The position numbers and the translations under genes were made by a program. Under the pieces are notes generated by a model. It saw only the letters and a program-made list of their open reading frames with translations, made no database searches and was not told the origin of the DNA. A DNA stretch of 64,000 nucleotides from an uncultured Gammaproteobacteria bacterium (GTDB taxonomy: Bacteria; Patescibacteriota; Patescibacteriia; XYB2-FULL-38-15). The stretch covers positions 249,228-313,227 of the forward strand of contig OZ246416.1 of assembly GCA_965231095.1 (NCBI GenBank). Reading direction: 5' to 3'. The stretch's first letter is position 1; the number at the start of each line of letters is the position of its first letter. Positions 57,903 to 64,000 of the stretch are shown here, piece after piece.

Positions 57903-58070
57903 ATGACAAAAGGCAAAAAATCGCCAAGGATAGCACGGCGATGGGCAAAGGCCTTGAAGACATACGGCGCGAGAAGCTGGAGGGAGCTCACCCCAGAGGA
58001 ACGGTTCGCGGCCTACGAGAGAGGGCTTCACTACTGGCAAAATCAGGAGGGCACACTTCCTCTGAGCTGA
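57903..58070 (+). CDS. Small basic protein (55 aa; MTKGKKSPRIARRWAKALKTYGARSW…) in a GC-rich block
   Basis: Not in the track. SD aaggaggg 8 nt upstream; promoter TTGCGA-16-TAAGAT; terminator ccggcg…cgccgg+T-run downstream. Confidence 0.25.
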   Translation: MTKGKKSPRIARRWAKALKTYGARSWRELTPEERFAAYERGLHYWQNQEGTLPLS

Positions 58071-58181
58071 CGGAGACAAAAACCGGCGAATCCAAAAATG
58101 GAAACGCCGGAATTTTTTATATAAAAAAGAGCACCGATTTGTAGTCGATGCTCGGATTCGGGAAAGCGGCGCGCGGGCCGC

Positions 58182-58529
58182 CTACTTCGCCAGGTGCAAA
58201 TCGATCCGGCAGAAGCCCATCTCCTCGCGCTCCTCGGGCGTATTGGGCGTCGTCGCCACCTCGATCTTCTCGCCCTCGAGCTGCATGGCCGCGATGATCT
58301 CGCAGATCTTGACCAAAAGCGGCTCATCGCCACTCTCAGAATTGTCATCGAATTTCCGATGGGTCCACCCACCCCCCTGTCCCCCACCCACGATGAGGAT
58401 CTGGCTGCGGCCGAAGAGACGGACGGCGTTCAGAGCGTTCGTCACTACTTCCGGCTCGATCGTGCCGCGAATGCCGAACGCCGCCGGTTTCTGGCGCAAG
58501 GCCAACTGAAGTACGAGTTTCTGACCCAT
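58182..58529 (-). CDS. Hypothetical protein (115 aa), GC-rich
   Basis: SD aaggagg before the ATG; Gly-rich ILIVGGGQGGGW segment; terminator hairpin downstream. Confidence 0.4.
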   Translation of the reverse strand: MGQKLVLQLALRQKPAAFGIRGTIEPEVVTNALNAVRLFGRSQILIVGGGQGGGWTHRKFDDNSESGDEPLLVKICEIIAAMQLEGEKIEVATTPNTPEEREEMGFCRIDLHLAK

Positions 58530-58655
58530 TCCCCTTCCTCCTTCTTTTCCTCAAAGTTGAGGATTTTATAGCTTAAAATATTTACACCCTTTTGTCAAGA
58601 GATAACAAAAGCCAGGTCAAATGACCTGGCCAATCTTTTAATTACCCACTACTCA

Positions 58656-59120
58656 TTACTTTATTTCAAGAATCGTGTAGTCAACCATTCCCTTTGGCAC
58701 CTGGATTTGAACCTTATCTCCTCTTTTCTTTCCCAAAAACGCCCGGCCGAGTGGAGATTCATTGGAAATTTTCCCAGCGAGCGGTTCTGCTTCGGCCACG
58801 CCGACGATCTCATATTCCGCCTCTGCCCCATCACTTTTTACTTTTACTTTTGACCCAACGCGGACAATATCAATTCTTCCATCGCCGTTTATAATTTCCG
58901 CGCGGGCAATCATATCTTGCAATTCAATAATTCTGCCTTCTGTGAATGCCTGTTCGTCTTTGGCCGCGGCGTACTCGGCATTTTCGGATAAGTCGCCGAG
59001 TTCTTTGGCGCGTTCAATGCGCTCAATAATTTCTTTTCTTTTTACATTTACCAAATCTTCCAGCTCTTGCTTAAATTTTTCCAAACCTTCGCGCGACACG
59101 TACATTTTTTGATCCGACAT
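58656..59120 (-). CDS. greA: Transcription elongation factor GreA
   Basis: N-terminal coiled-coil (…LEKFKQELEDL…) and an FKBP-like C-terminus. Confidence 0.9.
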   Translation of the reverse strand: MSDQKMYVSREGLEKFKQELEDLVNVKRKEIIERIERAKELGDLSENAEYAAAKDEQAFTEGRIIELQDMIARAEIINGDGRIDIVRVGSKVKVKSDGAEAEYEIVGVAEAEPLAGKISNESPLGRAFLGKKRGDKVQIQVPKGMVDYTILEIK

Positions 59121-59199
59121 AGATAATTTTTAAAAGTTATACACAATATGTTGTTAAGTATAATGGAGATTAATAATGTTGGCAATAGGCTACGGCAAA

Positions 59200-61182
59200 T
59201 TATCTGGAAAAATACCACATCATAAATTCCCGCGCGATATCAAGGGCGATTCTACTCCCCTCTTCCCCTTCCTCAACAAGAATGGTCACCGTAATTTCCG
59301 GATTTTCGTATGGGGCAAAAGCCGTAAACCAAGCGTGCGGAGATTTCGTCGTACTCCATTGAGCCGTACCGGTTTTCGCGGCTGAAGTTACAGGTAAATC
59401 AAGCATCCGCTCGGCGCTGCCGGAAGTGACGGTTTGTCTCATTCCCGCCCTAACAATATCAATATTTTCTTTGCTGATAAAATTTTCTCTAACTAAATAA
59501 TTTTCCGCGGTAAATTTTTCCGTTTCAATCGCTTCCAAAAAATGCGGGCGGTAGAGCGCGCCGCCATTCGCGAAAACCGTTGTGGAAACGGCAATCTGGA
59601 GCGGCGTCACTAAAAGATCTCCCTGGCCGATGGCTAAATGATACGTGTCGCCAATATACCACTGCTCACCCTTGGTTTCTTCTTTCCATTCCTCGCTTGG
59701 CAAAAATCCCTCCGCTTCGTTTGGCAAATCAACTCCCAATTTTTCTCCAAAACCAAAAAGTTTTGCATATTTCACAATTCGTTCCACGCCCAACCCCTCA
59801 AATTCTTCATATCCTCCGCCGATGATGTAGAAAAAAGTGTTAACCGAATCGGCAATCGCTTTGGTGACGTTTGTCAGGCCATGTCCGCCCGCGAGCCAAT
59901 CAGGGAAAAACCAACTGCTTATCCGCAAACCGCCAACGCTTAAAAATGACGTATTTCTATTTATAATTTTCTCTTCTAACGCCGCCGACGCGATCACCGG
60001 CTTGATCGTTGAACCGGAAGGATATTCACCCATAACCGCGCGATTGAAAAGCGGATTGTTCGGATTATTGATAAGCAGCTCGTAATCTTTTTGGGAAATT
60101 CCCTTGGCAAAAAGATTATTATCAAACGCGGGCCAACTTACCATAGTTAATATTTCTCCGTTTTTTGAATCAAGTACAATCGCCGCGGCTCGGGATTTTT
60201 TCGCGGCGGCAAGATGTTTTTTTACGATTTCCTCCATCTTTTTTTGGGCCAGAATATCAAGCGACAAAGTAATATTTTTCCCGCGGATTGGATCTTCTTT
60301 GGCAATCACACTTTTTTCTTTTCCCAGCGCGTCAACTTCAACTTGTCTTTTGCCGTTTTGCCCGCGAAGCAATTCTTCATAAAATAATTCCAAACCGGTT
60401 TTACCAAGATAATCAGTTGAATTATAATTTTTATTTTCCGCCAAATCTTTTTCATTAACTTTCCCAACATAACCCAAAATATGCGATAAACTTTCCGCCA
60501 CCTCCCCGTTCTCATCCAAATATTCACGCCGGCTTTCCAGCTTCAAATCAATGCCGGAAAAATATGTGCTCTCTATTTTAAGGCGCATGGCTTCCTCGTA
60601 GGAAACATTCTCCCGAAGCATAATCGGCGCAAAGGAGTAAGGCGAAGTGGCGCCTAACTTTTCTTCAATTTCTTTCGGGGGAATTTTTATCACTTCCGCC
60701 AAATTTTCTATCGCGCCAATTTTCTCCTTATCATCTTTTGGAAAATCGGTCGGAATTAAATAGAGAGAAAAAGTCGGCACATTTTTCACAAGCACTTTCA
60801 AATTTCTATCATAGATAATACCTCTCTCGGCGGCGGCGTAAATTGTTCTGATACGATTACCCTCCGCCATTTCCCTAAAATGCGCTCCTCGAATAATTTG
60901 CAAATAAGCGGTTTTCCCAAATAAAATCGCAAGAACTCCAAAAATAAAAATTAAAAAAATAGTCAGCCTTTTTTGATTCAAGGCCAACCCCAAAAACTCT
61001 TTTCTTTTTCCCCAATCGTTCTCGCCCCCATTCCCCCCGGCGTCGACCGAATTTCCGACTTCAAAACTTTCCTCAACCCAGTCCAAGTTTCTGTCCGAAT
61101 TCAAGCGAAAATTTCTTTCTCTAATTTCCCGAACGGCGAAGGGATCGCGCGATCTAATTTTATTTTTTCCAAAAATATTCAT
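59200..61182 (-). CDS. mrdA: Penicillin-binding protein 2 (peptidoglycan D,D-transpeptidase) with an N-terminal cytoplasmic extension
   Basis: SxxK (STIK), SxN and KTG (KTGTA) motifs; located upstream of mreD/mreC/mreB. Confidence 0.85.
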   Translation of the reverse strand: MNIFGKNKIRSRDPFAVREIRERNFRLNSDRNLDWVEESFEVGNSVDAGGNGGENDWGKRKEFLGLALNQKRLTIFLIFIFGVLAILFGKTAYLQIIRGAHFREMAEGNRIRTIYAAAERGIIYDRNLKVLVKNVPTFSLYLIPTDFPKDDKEKIGAIENLAEVIKIPPKEIEEKLGATSPYSFAPIMLRENVSYEEAMRLKIESTYFSGIDLKLESRREYLDENGEVAESLSHILGYVGKVNEKDLAENKNYNSTDYLGKTGLELFYEELLRGQNGKRQVEVDALGKEKSVIAKEDPIRGKNITLSLDILAQKKMEEIVKKHLAAAKKSRAAAIVLDSKNGEILTMVSWPAFDNNLFAKGISQKDYELLINNPNNPLFNRAVMGEYPSGSTIKPVIASAALEEKIINRNTSFLSVGGLRISSWFFPDWLAGGHGLTNVTKAIADSVNTFFYIIGGGYEEFEGLGVERIVKYAKLFGFGEKLGVDLPNEAEGFLPSEEWKEETKGEQWYIGDTYHLAIGQGDLLVTPLQIAVSTTVFANGGALYRPHFLEAIETEKFTAENYLVRENFISKENIDIVRAGMRQTVTSGSAERMLDLPVTSAAKTGTAQWSTTKSPHAWFTAFAPYENPEITVTILVEEGEEGSRIALDIAREFMMWYFSR

Positions 61183-61187
61183 TATTT

Positions 61188-61745
61188 TTACTTTATATCA
61201 AGAAAAACCGATTTTAATTTTTTACTTACAAAATTAAACACTAAAAACATTACCGCCAAAAATGAAACACTAAAAATTATTTGCCAGAGGAGGCCGAAAA
61301 TATTGGCGCGGCTTAAAAATTTATCAAGATTATCCGGCGCGCCAAAAATAAAAAATAAAAAATTAAAAATCAGCAAAAATAAAATATACGCCGCGTTACC
61401 CAGAAAACCAAGAATAACTAAGGAGTACAAAGAGCGATTGGTAAAAAAATTTTTAAAAAGAAAATTTAAAATTACCGCAACGAGGAGGAGCACGACCGCC
61501 ATTGTTCCAAAGCCAGAAAAAGAAAACATATCAAGAATTAAGCCGGAAAAAAGCGCGAACCATAACGCTTGGCGGAAATTCAAAAGAACAGTTATAAAAA
61601 TTAAAATGGACAAAACTAAATTAAAATAATTAAACGGCCGGGGCAACGTGGCAATAAATCCGGTCTGAAATAAAACCAACAAAATCATTGCCGCCGCCTT
61701 GCCTAGAATTTTAAAAAAATATCCGACGCGTTCAAATTTTTTCAT
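61188..61745 (-). CDS. mreD: Rod shape-determining protein MreD
   Basis: Polytopic small membrane protein between mreC and PBP2. Confidence 0.6.
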   Translation of the reverse strand: MKKFERVGYFFKILGKAAAMILLVLFQTGFIATLPRPFNYFNLVLSILIFITVLLNFRQALWFALFSGLILDMFSFSGFGTMAVVLLLVAVILNFLFKNFFTNRSLYSLVILGFLGNAAYILFLLIFNFLFFIFGAPDNLDKFLSRANIFGLLWQIIFSVSFLAVMFLVFNFVSKKLKSVFLDIK

Positions 61746-61748
61746 AAT

Positions 61749-62546
61749 TTACTCGTTGGAGGGAAGGAGAATCATTACCGTGTTTAGATTTTCATAAACC
61801 GCGAGCGGGCTGATTATCGCTTCACTAAAAATGTCCCTTGACTCTTTTTTAACTTCCGCCACTTTTCCTATCACCAACCCTTTTGGCATATTAAGCTCCA
61901 GCCCGGAGGTCACAACAACATCATCGCGAGAAATTTCTTTTTCTTGAGGAATAAATTCCATTTTAATTCCCAACCCCTTTTCTCCTCGAACCAAACCGCT
62001 TGTCCTGCCCTCCTCTTCACCCAAAATCGCGGCGGCGGTCTGAAAATTGGAATCAGTCGGAATAATCATTACTGAAAGATTGTCCTCCGCTTTTAAAATT
62101 TTCCCAACCAATATCCCTTCGGGGGAAACTACGGGTAAATTATTTTGAATGCCGCCTTTTTTCCCCTTATTCAAAATAAAATAATTGGAAAAATTTGGAT
62201 CACGGCCGACCACGCTCGCCATCAAAAAATCGTACGCTTTTTCTTTTTGAAAATTCAAGGCCTTCCTTAATTCCGCATTTTCTCGTTCGAAAGATTGCAA
62301 CCTGGCATTCTCCGCGATCAACCAATTTTTTTCCGACTCCAACTTTTCGTAGTCAGAGCGGGTTATGTCTTCCCGCCAAATTGATTGTATTTTCTGGCTG
62401 AAATTATAAAATCCGGAACCAACCGGACTTAAAATTCCAATCACCGAATTTTCTATCGGAGAAATAACTCCGCTGTAATGTAGGGCCACCAACACCAAAA
62501 AAATCACAATTATTGTCAGGATTGATTTTGACGGGATAAAACGCAT
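61749..62546 (-). CDS. mreC: Rod shape-determining protein MreC
   Basis: N-terminal TM, a coiled-coil, and C-terminal beta domains. Confidence 0.8.
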   Translation of the reverse strand: MRFIPSKSILTIIVIFLVLVALHYSGVISPIENSVIGILSPVGSGFYNFSQKIQSIWREDITRSDYEKLESEKNWLIAENARLQSFERENAELRKALNFQKEKAYDFLMASVVGRDPNFSNYFILNKGKKGGIQNNLPVVSPEGILVGKILKAEDNLSVMIIPTDSNFQTAAAILGEEEGRTSGLVRGEKGLGIKMEFIPQEKEISRDDVVVTSGLELNMPKGLVIGKVAEVKKESRDIFSEAIISPLAVYENLNTVMILLPSNE

Positions 62547-62667
62547 AATTAAAATTTCTAATTACTAATTCCTAATTTCTAATAAAAATCCAATCGCCAA
62601 TGACCAATTTAAAGATTAAATTTGGGAATTCATTGGAAATTGGAAATTAGAAATTGGAAATTATATT

Positions 62668-63723
62668 TTATCTTCTCTTCTCTTCTTCTTGAGTTGAGGG
62701 AATAGCAATTTCTTTGAGCAACGGAATATTTTCCAAAAGTAATCCGGTTCCTCGAACCGTTGAAGTCAGAGGATCATCGGCAACCCGGACGGGAATGTCC
62801 GTAGCTCGAGTTATTGCCTGATCAAGGCCGCGAAGCAGGGCTCCGCCGCCGGTCAAAATCATTCCGCGCTCAAAAATATCAGCCAAAAGTTCCGGTGGAG
62901 TTACCTCAAGTGTCGCCTTGACTCCTTCAATGATTTGTTTGACGGAACGGCTTAGCGCTTCGCGAATCTGCGTGTCGTTAACCGTAACCGACTTTGGCAA
63001 TCCGGTCAGAAGATCCCTGCCGCGCATTTCCATGGAAAGCGATTCTTTAAGTTCAGCCGCTGAACCGATTTTTATTTTTATATCTTCCGCAATTTTTTCT
63101 CCCAAAAGCAGATTAAAAACATCGCGGGCGTATTGAATAATATTTTTACTCATCTCTTCTCCGGCAACGCGTAAAGTTTTCCAAGTAACAACTCCCGAAA
63201 GAGCAATGACGGCGATCTCCGTCGTCCCCTCTCCCACGTCAATAATAATATTTCCCACCGCGTCGGAGATCGGCAATCTCGCGCCGAGCGCCGCGGCCAT
63301 AGTTTTTTCAATTAAAAAAACTTCTCTAGCCCCGGCTCCGAGCGCCGCGTCTTCCACGGCTTTTCTTTCAACTTCGGTGATATCAAGCGGAATGCCAATC
63401 ACCACCCGAGGTCTTGGCAAAATTGTAAAACCTTCCTGGTGAACTTTATCAATAAAATATTTCAACATTTTTTCCGTCACTTCAAAATCTGAAATAATCC
63501 CATCAACAATCGGGCGCGAAGCGACAATATGCGGCGGAGTTTTTCCGAGCATTTTTTTAGCGTCTTCTCCAATCGCCAAAATCTGTCCGGTTCTCGTGTT
63601 TATAGCCACAACCGAAGGCTCGTTCGTCACAATCCCTTTATCTTTTACAAATACTTTTGTATTGGCCGTACCAAGATCAATCCCAATATCTCTTGAAAAC
63701 CGGCCAAGTAAATTATTAAACAT
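62668..63723 (-). CDS. mreB: Rod shape-determining protein MreB
   Basis: Actin-fold motifs (DLGTANT; GGGALL). Confidence 0.95.
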   Translation of the reverse strand: MFNNLLGRFSRDIGIDLGTANTKVFVKDKGIVTNEPSVVAINTRTGQILAIGEDAKKMLGKTPPHIVASRPIVDGIISDFEVTEKMLKYFIDKVHQEGFTILPRPRVVIGIPLDITEVERKAVEDAALGAGAREVFLIEKTMAAALGARLPISDAVGNIIIDVGEGTTEIAVIALSGVVTWKTLRVAGEEMSKNIIQYARDVFNLLLGEKIAEDIKIKIGSAAELKESLSMEMRGRDLLTGLPKSVTVNDTQIREALSRSVKQIIEGVKATLEVTPPELLADIFERGMILTGGGALLRGLDQAITRATDIPVRVADDPLTSTVRGTGLLLENIPLLKEIAIPSTQEEEKRR

Positions 63724-63766
63724 AATAAAATAAACTCAAAGTTCAAACGCCGAAAACCAAAACTAA

Positions 63767-64000
63767 TTATTTGAGATGTTTTGTTAATTGATTTATTTTT
63801 ACCAATTCAACTTCCGCCGCGCTCCTCTTTTTAACCTCCCCACTATTTTTTTCCAAAGTTTTTTCACTGATTACAAGTCGCAAAGGAATCCCAAACAAAT
63901 CACTCTCCGCCAATTTTACGCCGGAACTGGCCTCTTCTCGGTCATCATATAATACTTCAAATCCAGCTTTTTGTAAAGAGTCCAAAAGCCCTTCCGCCTC
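63767..64000 (-). CDS. C-terminal anticodon-binding domain of a class II aminoacyl-tRNA synthetase (probably ProS); partial, continues beyond the window
   Basis: …VLYDDREEASSGVKLAESDLFGIPLRLVISEKTLEKNSGEVKKR… is typical of a ProRS/ThrRS/GlyRS C-terminus. Confidence 0.4.
   Translation of the reverse strand, partial: EAEGLLDSLQKAGFEVLYDDREEASSGVKLAESDLFGIPLRLVISEKTLEKNSGEVKKRSAAEVELVKINQLTKHLK

Overview
A 64 kb window from a low-GC, small-protein bacterial genome. The gene content looks CPR/Patescibacteria-like: a Lys-rich RpoD N-terminus, DUF5659, an AmmeMemoRadiSam gene set, a CarS-like gene, and many compact overlapping genes. The core genes are mostly housekeeping. They include rpoD, a tspO/pgsA-like/CarS-like/rsmI/metG/cvpA/tatD block, and an OmpR-type two-component pair. 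They also include a complete F0F1 ATP synthase operon (atpZ-B-E-F-H-A-G-D-C), two GT2 glycosyltransferases and an O-antigen-ligase-like gene. On the minus strand are fmt, def, priA, AMMECR1/Memo, clpB with a CIRCE operator, a radical-SAM AmrS-like gene, alr, serS, lysS, greA, PBP2 and mreBCD. On the plus strand are thpR, wecB/tagA-like, gltX and an M23 peptidase. Two things stand out. (1) An approximately 8.3 kb integrated element sits in the 3' end of tRNA-Asn(GTT), bounded by 23-bp direct repeats at 1615-1637 and 9908-9930. It carries a large serine recombinase, an iteron-like repeat array, a SpoVG-like gene and a DUF5659 gene. It also carries a reverse transcriptase followed by an approximately 170-nt structured RNA closed by 9-bp terminal inverted repeats, then a multi-TM protein, a lipoprotein and a protein with a HEPN-like motif. 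This is a retron/DRT-like RT-ncRNA-TM module with a non-canonical gene order, and it is the best candidate for an undescribed defence system. (2) At least eight GC-rich blocks (about 50-60% GC against about 38-42% for the host) are inserted in intergenic regions. Each has its own sigma70-like promoter, a strong SD and a terminator. They encode an RlmN/Cfr-family radical SAM with a non-canonical Cys motif, an 87-aa ORF flanked by 21-bp inverted repeats inside the atp operon, and a beta-carbonic-anhydrase-like protein. They also encode three tandem paralogs of unknown function, small Cys-rich proteins, an RTX-like calcium-binding secreted protein bracketed by approximately 130-bp direct repeats, and a multi-zinc-ribbon operon. 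All calls are from reading the sequence and ORF track; no searches were run.
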